A stretch of DNA of 64,000 bases from a virus. Taxonomy: Duplodnaviria; Heunggongvirae; Uroviricota; Caudoviricetes. Each line of letters opens with the position of its first letter. The first letter of the stretch is position 1. A program made the position numbers and the translations under genes. The notes below the pieces were generated by a model. The model saw only the letters and a list, made by a program, of their open reading frames with translations, was not told where the DNA came from and made no database searches. The stretch is taken from positions 49,317-113,316 of IMG/VR virus record IMGVR_UViG_3300038968_000013; one strand, written 5' to 3'. This document shows positions 49,267 to 57,663 of this stretch, one piece after another.

Positions 49267-49662
49267 ATGATTCAACGCATGTCGGAACCGGAATTGTTGG
49301 AACGGGCGGCAACCGCCGCACGGTTGGCAATGCGGGCGCGAACCGGAAACGGTTTCGCCTATTTTTTTCGCATGGCGGTTGAAACCGACCGCGAATTACA
49401 GGAACGCGCCGCAACGCGGGCGGTTGTTTCGGCAATGCTCGCAAGCGTTCCGGAAAACAACGCGCGCGCGCTGGCAACGCTCGCGGCATTCGGGCGCGCG
49501 TTCACCATGACGGCGGCAACCGAGACCAACGGCGACAACGGAAGCGACAACGGCGACGGCGGGTCAAAGGTTCGGCGACGAAAACCGCGACCGCAACCGC
49601 CATCGGGAACGCTCGCGGAATTGTTCGCGGCGAAGCTTGCGACCGCGAACGGGAAAGGTTGA
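49267..49662 (+). CDS. hypothetical protein
   Basis: 131-aa, Ala-rich ORF preceded by cassette b. Confidence 0.4.
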   Translation: MIQRMSEPELLERAATAARLAMRARTGNGFAYFFRMAVETDRELQERAATRAVVSAMLASVPENNARALATLAAFGRAFTMTAATETNGDNGSDNGDGGSKVRRRKPRPQPPSGTLAELFAAKLATANGKG

Positions 49663-49665
49663 CCA

Positions 49666-49890
49666 ATGAGCTATACCCTCACGAAACGGCAATTGACAAC
49701 GCTTCGCGCGGGGTTGACCCGCGCTATTGGTTCGGGCGATGCGGCGAAAGTAGCAAAGCAGGTTCGCGGCGCCCGCGTTGTTTTCGACTCGTTCGGCTAT
49801 CCCGATTGTTGGTCAAATTGGCAACGCGCATGGGACGATTTCTGCGCGAATGATGTTCGCTTTTTCGGCGAACCTAACCCGATGCATTAA
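49666..49890 (+). CDS. hypothetical protein
   Basis: 74 aa. Its GCGAACGGGAAAGGTT RBS module is embedded in the 3' coding end of the previous gene. Confidence 0.4.
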   Translation: MSYTLTKRQLTTLRAGLTRAIGSGDAAKVAKQVRGARVVFDSFGYPDCWSNWQRAWDDFCANDVRFFGEPNPMH

Positions 49891-49974
49891 ACGTGAAACC
49901 GCTAGACGTTGCGGAATCCGCGTTTATTGCGTGGTATGCCGCATGGGTTGTCGGCAACCTGCTTTTCTAGTGTC

Positions 49975-50056
49975 AACGTCGGGCGCGTGCGCTAGTCTCG
50001 GCGCGCGTCCTATCGTTTGCACTAAACGCAAACGGGAAAGCGAGACCGAAACGAAT
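49975..50056 (+). repeat. conserved intergenic cassette, copy c (hairpin GTTTGC-ACTAAAC-GCAAAC)
   Basis: Same architecture as cassette b. It precedes the ATG at 50057. Confidence 0.6.
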
Positions 50057-50797
50057 ATGGGAAAACTTTTGACCCTTGGAAGCTGCAACGCAAAAACCGT
50101 GAAAGGCGAAGCATTCGGGGTTTTGACCGGGATTCTTCACCTTGCGCCGGAACGCGCCAGCGGTTTCAATGTTTGCGCCTATGCGGGCGCGTGCGTCGCG
50201 CCATGTCTTAACACTAGCGGGCGCGGTCGACCCGAAACCCCGCTAGGTGAACGGATACAATCGGCGCGGTTGCGTAAGACGGCGCGGTTTTTTTCCGACC
50301 GCGCCGAATTCATGCGAGACCTTGTGCGCGACGTTGCGGCGGTTGAACGCAAAGCGAAACGGCGCGGCATGGTTCCGGCAATTCGGTTAAACGGAACGTC
50401 GGATATTCCATGGGAACGCGTAGCGGTTGGCGCGGCGCCGAATATCATGGCGTTGTTTCCTGACGTGCAATTTTACGATTACACGAAATACCCGGTAGCG
50501 CGGCGGTTGCTGCTTCCGCCGAATTACCATTTGACGCAATCGCTGGACGTTGGCCACAATTCGGAACGCGAAGCGTTGACCGCGCTTTCCATCGGGCGAA
50601 ACGTGGCGGTTGTTTTTCCCGTGGCGCGTTCCGGACCTTTACCCGAAACGTTTACGCTAGGCGCGTCAACGTTCCCGGTAATCAACGGCGACGCTTCCGA
50701 CCTTCGATTTACTGACCCGGTTGGCGTTATCGTGGGGTTGCGTGAGAAAGGTCGGGCGAAGCATGACGCAAGCGGATTCGTGCGGGCGGTTGCCTAA
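50057..50797 (+). CDS. conserved phage hypothetical protein
   Basis: Start MGKLLTLGSCNAKT inside the track ORF 49778..50797 and preceded by cassette c. 247 aa. Confidence 0.45.
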   Translation: MGKLLTLGSCNAKTVKGEAFGVLTGILHLAPERASGFNVCAYAGACVAPCLNTSGRGRPETPLGERIQSARLRKTARFFSDRAEFMRDLVRDVAAVERKAKRRGMVPAIRLNGTSDIPWERVAVGAAPNIMALFPDVQFYDYTKYPVARRLLLPPNYHLTQSLDVGHNSEREALTALSIGRNVAVVFPVARSGPLPETFTLGASTFPVINGDASDLRFTDPVGVIVGLREKGRAKHDASGFVRAVA

Positions 50798-50877
50798 ATG
50801 ACCGACGCAATGCGCGTTGTCTGGAATTGCGTTAAACTTGCCGTTGCGTTGTATCTGCTAGGACGGTTGACCCGGTA

Positions 50878-50955
50878 GCGTAAACGCTAGGCGCGTGCGC
50901 TGGTCTCGGCGTGCGTCTAGACGTTTCCACTAACGGAAACGGGAAAGGTTGCACG
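50878..50955 (+). repeat. conserved intergenic cassette, copy d (hairpin GTTTCC-ACTAAC-GGAAAC, compensatory change)
   Basis: The stem changes G-C to C-G at the same pair relative to copies b and c. It precedes the ATG at 50956. Confidence 0.6.
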
Positions 50956-51207
50956 ATGAATGTTCCTGAGATTGTTTGCGGCAATTGCGACCAATGGAAA
51001 CACGCAACGGGAAACGACGCGGCGCCGTTTGATTGCGTCAACCGTTGCACGGAACGCAAACTAGATCCGGTCTCGCGTTGCCGAACATGCGAGACGAAAC
51101 TTGACGCGCGTGCGCATGTGGACATGCGTTCCGACAATCGCGGCGCCTATTGCTCGCGCGTATGTTTGAACGGCGCGACGAAACTACAGGAAAGGTCGGG
51201 ATACTGA
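50956..51207 (+). CDS. Cys-rich zinc-finger-like small protein
   Basis: MNVPEIVCGNCDQW...CVNRC...CRTCE...CSRVC. Confidence 0.4.
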   Translation: MNVPEIVCGNCDQWKHATGNDAAPFDCVNRCTERKLDPVSRCRTCETKLDARAHVDMRSDNRGAYCSRVCLNGATKLQERSGY

Positions 51208-51210
51208 ACC

Positions 51211-51456
51211 ATGGAAATTTTCTATTCTGACGGTGGACACGGCGGACCTTACCCTAGCGTCTATGCCGCAGAATGCGCCGCTCGCGTCTATGTGAAACGG
51301 AACGCGCGTCTAGGTCGCAAAGTCTCGGTTCAAGTAAGACGGTCGACCACGGAAACGGAACCGGTTTCCACGGTTGACGTCAAAACGTGCATTGTGACGG
51401 CGGCAATTGACGGCGACGTCGAGACCGTGCGCAAATTGCTCATGGTGCTTTCATGA
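51211..51456 (+). CDS. hypothetical protein
   Basis: 81-aa ORF. Confidence 0.35.
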   Translation: MEIFYSDGGHGGPYPSVYAAECAARVYVKRNARLGRKVSVQVRRSTTETEPVSTVDVKTCIVTAAIDGDVETVRKLLMVLS

Positions 51457-51722
51457 GTCGACCACGGGTCAAACAATGGGAACGGTTGCCGTCATGGGAA
51501 CGCATGCCGGGTCAACCGAGACCGGAACCGGAAACGGAACCGCCGCTATGCTTCGCGTGCGGCGCGGCGTACGTTGACGCGGTTGGCGTTGCGTGCGGCG
51601 GTTGCGTGGACGATTGCGTTGCGTGTCGATACTGCCGAACCGCATACGCGTTGAGCAACCGCGACGATTGCGCCGAATGCGCGTTGACGGCGGCAATGTC
51701 GCGGCATGAATCCGAACGATAG
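51453..51722 (+). CDS. Cys-rich small protein
   Basis: 89 aa with multiple CxxC pairs. Confidence 0.35.
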   Translation: MSRPRVKQWERLPSWERMPGQPRPEPETEPPLCFACGAAYVDAVGVACGGCVDDCVACRYCRTAYALSNRDDCAECALTAAMSRHESER

Positions 51723-51749
51723 ACCACGGGCGGAACGCTTTGACCCTAA

Positions 51750-51780
51750 CCGGGCGAAGCGTTCCGCCCGGTTTTTTTTT
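51750..51780 (+). terminator. rho-independent terminator
   Basis: CCGGGCG(51750-56) AAGCGTTC CGCCCGG(51765-71), a perfect 7-bp stem, followed by T9. Confidence 0.65.
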
Positions 51781-52277
51781 GCCTACCAACCGCCAACCGC
51801 TAACCGCGCCAACCGCGAAACCCTACCTAGAACGCGCCACGTTGACCGTAGACGCGCGCGCGCCCTATCCCCTACCCTATCCCCTACCCTCGCCGTTGCG
51901 TTGCTCTAATCGAATCCTAGGACGTCGCCTAATAAATCGCGGGTCGCCGCGACCACGCACCTTTCGTGCCAACCTGATTCCCATTATTAAGAATGGGAAT
52001 GTAAATGTAACAATGACAATGTAATTCTTACATGTAGGAATGTAAGTTTTACAACGGGGGGTCGCGCAGGGAGGCAGCGCGGCGCAATAGCCCAAAAATC
52101 GCTTCGAACCGCTGGGAAAAATGACCTCTTTGGACCAACCGCCTAACCCTGTAAACAAACTCAACTTTTCGCAATTTTCGTTTTGAAAGTTTTCGTTTTG
52201 AAATTTCTTCACGAAAAATTTGCGGAATCGTGATATAATTATTGCGAATAATTGAGAGAGGGGGGGGGTGTTTTGAG

Positions 52278-52748
52278 ATGCCTTACCGAACAGCAGAGGA
52301 ACGAAAGCAATACGCGAAGCGTTGGAGAGAGCAGAACCCAGACTACTATAAGCAATGGAGCGAAAGGGTAAAGTTAGGTGAGCGCACGGTTAAGCCACAG
52401 GCGCGTGTGCCTTATTCAGCTAAAGGCAAGAATAAGTGGATTGAGCGGTATCCAGAGAAGTACAGGAAGCAGATGGAAGCCCAACGTGAGCGCAGGCTTG
52501 AGAACAAGAGGAAGCTTGTAGAAATGTTTGGCGGGAAGTGTGAGCTATGCGGGTACGACAAATACCTCGGCGCGCTGGACTTTGATCACATAGATCCAAG
52601 CACTAAGTCATTTAGTATCGGTGGACTTCTCCACGCTAGCCTTGAGAAGTGTGTCGAGGAGGCAAAGAAGTGTCGCCTTCTCTGCGCAAACTGTCACCGT
52701 GAGCACGGAGCCCGTCCGAAGCTGGACAAGTACAACGCTCTACAATAG
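52278..52748 (+). CDS. HNH endonuclease (homing-type), AT-richer than its surroundings
   Basis: GGKCELCGY...DFDHIDP...LLCANCHR. Likely ATG at 52278 (MPYRT); the track shows an upstream TTG start. A G9 tract lies inside the RBS region 52262-70, and a TATAAT box at 52233-38. Confidence 0.6.
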   Translation: MPYRTAEERKQYAKRWREQNPDYYKQWSERVKLGERTVKPQARVPYSAKGKNKWIERYPEKYRKQMEAQRERRLENKRKLVEMFGGKCELCGYDKYLGALDFDHIDPSTKSFSIGGLLHASLEKCVEEAKKCRLLCANCHREHGARPKLDKYNALQ

Positions 52749-52993
52749 AGGTGAGGGTTTCAATTTCCTGCTCCCTATCGGCTATCGACTTGAGGTGTGG
52801 ACTCGGTATCACCACCACACCATACGGCCAATCTTGCCTCACTTTATCGTGCGATCCTTAGCTATACACAATAGCCCAATCGCGAGCGTCAAAGCCAGGA
52901 AAAATGCATGCCCGTCTATCTCCGGAGCAGCGTTGCCCGATTGTGCTACGTGGTGACTGTTCTCACAGAACCAACCAAACCAATCGCACAGCA

Positions 52994-53452
52994 TTACTTT
53001 TCCTCGCAGTCTTTCGGTTGCCACTGGATACGCGGTACCCGATCTTCTTCATCGTGTCGTGCCACGACTAGCCGATTACACTTCGGTGGCCAGTACATCA
53101 CCAGCGGTACGTCAGCGTCGACAGGATTTGAGGCTTGCGAATCAAGTGTCGGTCGTTCCCCTACTGCCTTGAGCCAGTAGCGACGGTTCCCGAAGGCTTG
53201 GATCACGACGTCGCTAGTTGTACTCAGCTCACAATGCACTTGGCCATCGTTTGGAATGACCGCATCGCTTTGGGCTTGCGCCAAACTAGGCTCAGGCTTG
53301 CGTGTCGTGATTGGTGCCGAGAGGACTTCCCACCCTATTGTACGCTCACAATCCACCGGTTGGCTCCAGGTGAACGTCATAGGGATCGAAACAGGATTAG
53401 CGGCTGCCACCGACGATGCGAGGGCGGCAGCCGCGATTGACTTGAGAAACAT
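52994..53452 (-). CDS. secreted hypothetical protein
   Basis: Likely start MFLKSIAAAALASSVAAANP (signal peptide) inside the track ORF 52994..53524. Confidence 0.4.
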   Translation of the reverse strand: MFLKSIAAAALASSVAAANPVSIPMTFTWSQPVDCERTIGWEVLSAPITTRKPEPSLAQAQSDAVIPNDGQVHCELSTTSDVVIQAFGNRRYWLKAVGERPTLDSQASNPVDADVPLVMYWPPKCNRLVVARHDEEDRVPRIQWQPKDCEEK

Positions 53453-53453
53453 G

Positions 53454-53969
53454 TTAGTTGCTGGGCTCGACGCCATGGAGGATCGGCGGGGCGAGACGCG
53501 TTGGCGTCGGCGTCGGCGTAGCACTCCGAGTAGGCGTTGTTGTTGCCACGGGCGTTACCGTCCGCGTGCTTGTTGGCGTTGCGGTGGCTGTTGCGGTTGG
53601 CGTTGGTAGCGTCGCGAATCGGTCTGGCGTATCACACGGATCGACGCCACCACACCCGGTACACGATTCACCCGCTGTGTTTGATTGGCACAGGCGGAAA
53701 CGAATAGTGTCACCCGGTGAAGCAAGCGTAGAGAAATCTGCGCAAAGCACGCCCGGTTGTGGTGAAGGGCAAGGTGCTTGAACCGCCAGAACGTTCGTAA
53801 TGACGGTCTGTTGCGTTGGCGTGAGGCGCAGTAGTCGCGCCCCCGTTGCCGAGGAATCGAACGGAGCAAACCTCGCACGAAAGTTTTGATTGGTTTGCGC
53901 GTTAGCAAACTGCGCGAGGTATAGAATGAAAACGATGATCGCAGCTAGTGCGAAAAACAGCTTACGCAT
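53454..53969 (-). CDS. secreted protein with Thr/Pro-rich linker
   Basis: Likely start MRKLFFALAAIIVFILYLAQFANA|Q. The C-terminal stretch is TPTATATATPTSTRTVTPVATTTPTRSATPTPTPT. Confidence 0.4.
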   Translation of the reverse strand: MRKLFFALAAIIVFILYLAQFANAQTNQNFRARFAPFDSSATGARLLRLTPTQQTVITNVLAVQAPCPSPQPGVLCADFSTLASPGDTIRFRLCQSNTAGESCTGCGGVDPCDTPDRFATLPTPTATATATPTSTRTVTPVATTTPTRSATPTPTPTRLAPPILHGVEPSN

Positions 53970-54444
53970 GTGGCTTCTCCATGATCGACTGCACGATCGC
54001 GAGGGAGTTCTTTGCATTGATATGCAGCACGAACAATCCATTCGCCTCGATCCAGTCTTTGGCGTACTTGAGGTAATCGTCCACGAGGATATCTCCCGCG
54101 TGGCAGTATTTGTTCTTCAGGAACGAGCGCCCCACGGTACACATAGTGAAGCCCTTGAAATGCTCCTGGCCCCACGCGATCTTTTGCGCCTCGGACCACC
54201 CACCTTCTGGGCATCCGGTCAGGATCACGGGGCGGTACTTTTGTAGCCCGCGCATGAGATCCCAGGCGTCGGGCATAACGGGCAGCTCCGCGTAGAAGTT
54301 TGGCGCCTTCTCGCGAAGCTTAGCCCAGGCTTCTTCCCAACCGAGTTTTTCCTCGGTTTCCTTCATGGAGCCACCCATGAGGTCGGCGTACGCGCGGTCG
54401 AAATCCGCGAGCACGCCGTCACAGTCGATGAAGATCCGGCGCAT
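53962..54444 (-). CDS. HAD-family 5'(3')-deoxyribonucleotidase-like
   Basis: Likely start MRRIFIDCDGVLADFD, a HAD motif I of the NT5C type. Confidence 0.55.
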   Translation of the reverse strand: MRRIFIDCDGVLADFDRAYADLMGGSMKETEEKLGWEEAWAKLREKAPNFYAELPVMPDAWDLMRGLQKYRPVILTGCPEGGWSEAQKIAWGQEHFKGFTMCTVGRSFLKNKYCHAGDILVDDYLKYAKDWIEANGLFVLHINAKNSLAIVQSIMEKPHA

Positions 54445-54582
54445 TACCAAAGCTTGTTCCAGATCTTGCGGTACCGAGCTGCGAGAGTATCGTTGGTGCG
54501 ACCGTCGAACGTTTCGAGCGACCACACGACGATGACGGCGAGGTTCGCCACCACGAATGCTGCACCGATGAATCCCACCATG

Positions 54583-54711
54583 TTACTGTCCTCCCATCCC
54601 TACGATGATGTACTTGAAGTAAGCCGCGCCCGAGATAAACCCGAGCGCGACTCCCACACCCACCGCCACCCCAAACACCACCGACCGAAAAAACGTCTTT
54701 ACGTTGTCCAT
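54583..54711 (-). CDS. small membrane peptide
   Basis: MDNVKTFFRSVVFGVAVGVGVALGFISGAAYFKYIIVGMGG. The start overlaps the SPFH gene stop codon. Confidence 0.3.
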   Translation of the reverse strand: MDNVKTFFRSVVFGVAVGVGVALGFISGAAYFKYIIVGMGGQ

Positions 54712-55796
54712 TACTGTGCCTGCTTCAAGTCGACCATGGGCATCGCGGGACCGGAGACGAGGGAGAGTTTTCCATCCCACTTCCGAATACGTTCCCACTC
54801 GACCAGTGTCGGCGTGATTGACTTGGCGAGGATTTCGTTTGCTTGTGCCTCGGCCTTGGCGCGGATCAGCTGTGCATCGGCTTGTCCTTGAGCGAGCGCC
54901 TTAGCCTGGTCACCCTCGGCTTGCTTGGCGCGCACCATGTTCTCGGCTTGGATTGCAGCCTGTGTCGCGGCGATAGCCTGGTTGACTGCCTGCATGACCT
55001 TATCGTCGACCCGCAGTCCCGAGACGAAGGCGAACGATTCCACCTTGATACCGTCCGGTGCCATACGAGTCTGCAGCTCCTTGAGCACGTTGGCCTCTAG
55101 CTCGCGGCGCCCTTCTCCGAGAATGAGCATCGTGTCCATCGTCTGGCCATAGTGGGCCACGATGTCACGAATCTGAGAGCGCATGTATGTGTGTGTGATG
55201 CGTCCGATGTCCTGGCGGAACTTCACGAAGAGCTGCGGAATCTTCTCCGGTTCCAGCGAGTAGGCCAGGAAGACGTCGGCGTTCACGAGGCTCGACTGCT
55301 TCGAGTTGAACGTGATGCTCTCGTCGCCGGGGGACTCTGGGGTATCGTCCTTGGTGAATACCTGCTGCTGCAGGAAGATCGGGAACAGATGAATCTCGGT
55401 CTTGAAGGGGTTGTACACCTGAATGCCAGTAACGGCAGTCGCGTTAGCAACGCCCTTATCTGAGCCCCAGAGGTTCACCTTGACGCCTACGTAGCCAGGC
55501 GGCACCCGTGTATATCCACAGCCGCTACCTGTCAGCAGAAACGCGGACAGCGCCAGCGGCAGCAGCACGGCGGGGAACGATACCTTACCCACGTTCTCGG
55601 TGAGCCAGGCGAATCCCATGTAGAGTAGCGTCGCGGCCAGCATGAAATCGGCCAGACACACGAGCAGCCCAAAGATAGCGAGGAACGTGCTCTTCGCGGA
55701 CCACATTTCGATCCCGAGCGTCCACACCCCCACGACCACGAGTAGCGCGCAGATGACGCTACCTACGACTTGAACGAGAAACCGCAATCCACTCAT
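54711..55796 (-). CDS. SPFH/band-7 (flotillin/HflK-like) membrane protein
   Basis: N-terminal TM helices followed by an SPFH-like core, then an Ala/Gln-rich coiled-coil tail (AQAENMVRAKQAEGDQAKALAQGQADAQLIRAKAEAQA). Confidence 0.65.
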   Translation of the reverse strand: MSGLRFLVQVVGSVICALLVVVGVWTLGIEMWSAKSTFLAIFGLLVCLADFMLAATLLYMGFAWLTENVGKVSFPAVLLPLALSAFLLTGSGCGYTRVPPGYVGVKVNLWGSDKGVANATAVTGIQVYNPFKTEIHLFPIFLQQQVFTKDDTPESPGDESITFNSKQSSLVNADVFLAYSLEPEKIPQLFVKFRQDIGRITHTYMRSQIRDIVAHYGQTMDTMLILGEGRRELEANVLKELQTRMAPDGIKVESFAFVSGLRVDDKVMQAVNQAIAATQAAIQAENMVRAKQAEGDQAKALAQGQADAQLIRAKAEAQANEILAKSITPTLVEWERIRKWDGKLSLVSGPAMPMVDLKQAQ

Positions 55797-55822
55797 ACCA
55801 TCCTCCCCTTATTGTACTCGGT

Positions 55823-57544
55823 TTACTTAGCCTGCATTCGATACCGCAACTCCGACTCGTGCTGACTTCTCAGCGCGGTAAGGACTTGCGCAGAGTCGAT
55901 TGGAGTGTATAGCTCCCGAACCATGGCGACTCTTTCGTCCCAGCTGCGACTACGAAACGCCTCTGGCTTTTCGTACCATTCTTCGGGCACGTCGAAATCG
56001 CTAGCATTCGCGAGTACCGTATCGATAGTGTTTTTGATTGAACGTCCGGTGAAGTGTTCACTTTGCTTCCTGAAATCCTCGCACTCCATCCCGAGGTCGA
56101 GCCACGTATCCGCCATGTCAAAAGCGGGAGCCTTGTGCTTCGTCTGCGCCCTACGTGGACGGGACAGTGGCTCGTATCTCGTTGATGGAATCTTGACGAT
56201 ACCCTGTTTGGTGGCTTTGCGCAAGAGGAGCGCGATCAGATCCGCGTAATCCTCTGGCGTCTCCGGTCCCATGACTGGAAAGCGCGCGACGAATCGCTGA
56301 CGGAGAGCCGCGTCGGTGGCGGTCGGAGCATTCGTGGCTGCAATTGTGATGTATGAGCCCGAATAGGCTGAACCGACACCAGAGAAGAAATCCATCAGCC
56401 CCTTGAGAATGTCACGATCGCCGCCACCCATGCCGGGAGAGGAACGATCGCCACCCGCGAAGAGCAGATCCACGTCGTCGAGACACATGATCGAGAGACG
56501 ACCCGGATCTCTCAGGTCGTTCAGTAGATCATTTAGAAGCGTAGCTGTTTTGCCATACCATTCCGACTTCACGTCCGATGCACCCAGCGACTTGAAGTAG
56601 GTTGGCATACCGATTTGGTCAGCGCGACGCTGTAGCAGCGTCATCGCCATCCTCATGATACTGCTTTTACCAGTGCCCGGAGGTCCGTCCAGGAGGATGC
56701 TTTCGAGAATACCCCCCATTTCACAAAATGGATTCTTCCCGAGCTGTGGGTCGTAGCACGCGAGACGATCCATTTGCCGCCTGAGCTGTAGTACCGCAGC
56801 GTCGTTGCCGACGATCTCTTCCGGTTGAACCGGGACAAAGGAAACACTTGTAGCATCTTTTGCTTTCTCTACCGTTGTTCCCGTGATGGTGAACTTCTGG
56901 TATCGGAAGGTGACTTGATCGAGAGACGATCCGAGTGTCTTATGAGCACGGGCTTTAATCCGAGCTTGTTCAGCAACCCAGCTCCAGTAGTCGCGAGAAA
57001 TACTAAGCTCGTCGCCAACGATATGGACGATAGGATTGCCGTGCTGATCTTTTGCTTGAATGGCATCGATGTACCGTGCAAGGCAAAGCCCGAGGTCGCC
57101 GTCGATAGATCCACGGATATCTAGCTTCAGGATGCTTGTGTCGAGAGTTGCGAATTGACCTTCCCGACGTCGCAGCAGGCGAGCCGCTTCCACTTGAATG
57201 AAGCTCGCTGCTACGAACGTCGAGTAGGCAGAAATGAATGCTGCGCGTTCTTGAATCTCCGGAGAGATAACGCCACCGCGTGCTTGAAGCTCTTTGGCAG
57301 CCTCGCGCTGCCCGGTGCGTTCCATCAGATGGTCCACGAACCAGTAGTAGAAGCACACGGCTTGCCGAATGAGGAAAACGAGAGCCATTTCCTCAGGCAG
57401 GACTCGCCAGGTCTCTTGTGGCGAGAGGTCTTTCAGAATGTCTTCGAGGTCGCGTTCACCGTCGATCTTGGAGAGCGCCCGTTCGGCGGTCGCAATCCAC
57501 TTATCGAGGTCTTCAGCCTTGATGGGGAGGGCTTCGCGTTCCAT
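55823..57544 (-). CDS. AAA+ ATPase (classic-clade AAA domain) with ~330-aa N-terminal domain of unknown function
   Basis: Walker A LLDGPPGTGKSS, Walker B IMCLDDVDLL and sensor/Arg-finger region IAATNAPTATDAALRQRF. Confidence 0.7.
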   Translation of the reverse strand: MEREALPIKAEDLDKWIATAERALSKIDGERDLEDILKDLSPQETWRVLPEEMALVFLIRQAVCFYYWFVDHLMERTGQREAAKELQARGGVISPEIQERAAFISAYSTFVAASFIQVEAARLLRRREGQFATLDTSILKLDIRGSIDGDLGLCLARYIDAIQAKDQHGNPIVHIVGDELSISRDYWSWVAEQARIKARAHKTLGSSLDQVTFRYQKFTITGTTVEKAKDATSVSFVPVQPEEIVGNDAAVLQLRRQMDRLACYDPQLGKNPFCEMGGILESILLDGPPGTGKSSIMRMAMTLLQRRADQIGMPTYFKSLGASDVKSEWYGKTATLLNDLLNDLRDPGRLSIMCLDDVDLLFAGGDRSSPGMGGGDRDILKGLMDFFSGVGSAYSGSYITIAATNAPTATDAALRQRFVARFPVMGPETPEDYADLIALLLRKATKQGIVKIPSTRYEPLSRPRRAQTKHKAPAFDMADTWLDLGMECEDFRKQSEHFTGRSIKNTIDTVLANASDFDVPEEWYEKPEAFRSRSWDERVAMVRELYTPIDSAQVLTALRSQHESELRYRMQAK

Positions 57545-57663
57545 TAGTACGCCAGGAAGTAGTACACGTTAAGACTGCACGAGCCGAGAAGTAGGAGAAG
57601 CGAGACGCCCGAGACCCACATGAGGGTCGTAAGCGCATCCCCGATGCCACGTCCGTCCATTAC
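57544..57663 (-). CDS. possible 39-aa membrane peptide
   Basis: MDGRGIGDALTTLMWVSGVSLLLLLGSCSLNVYYFLAY sits between the coiled-coil and AAA genes. The upstream part of the track ORF is antisense shadow. Confidence 0.2.
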   Translation of the reverse strand, partial: VMDGRGIGDALTTLMWVSGVSLLLLLGSCSLNVYYFLAY

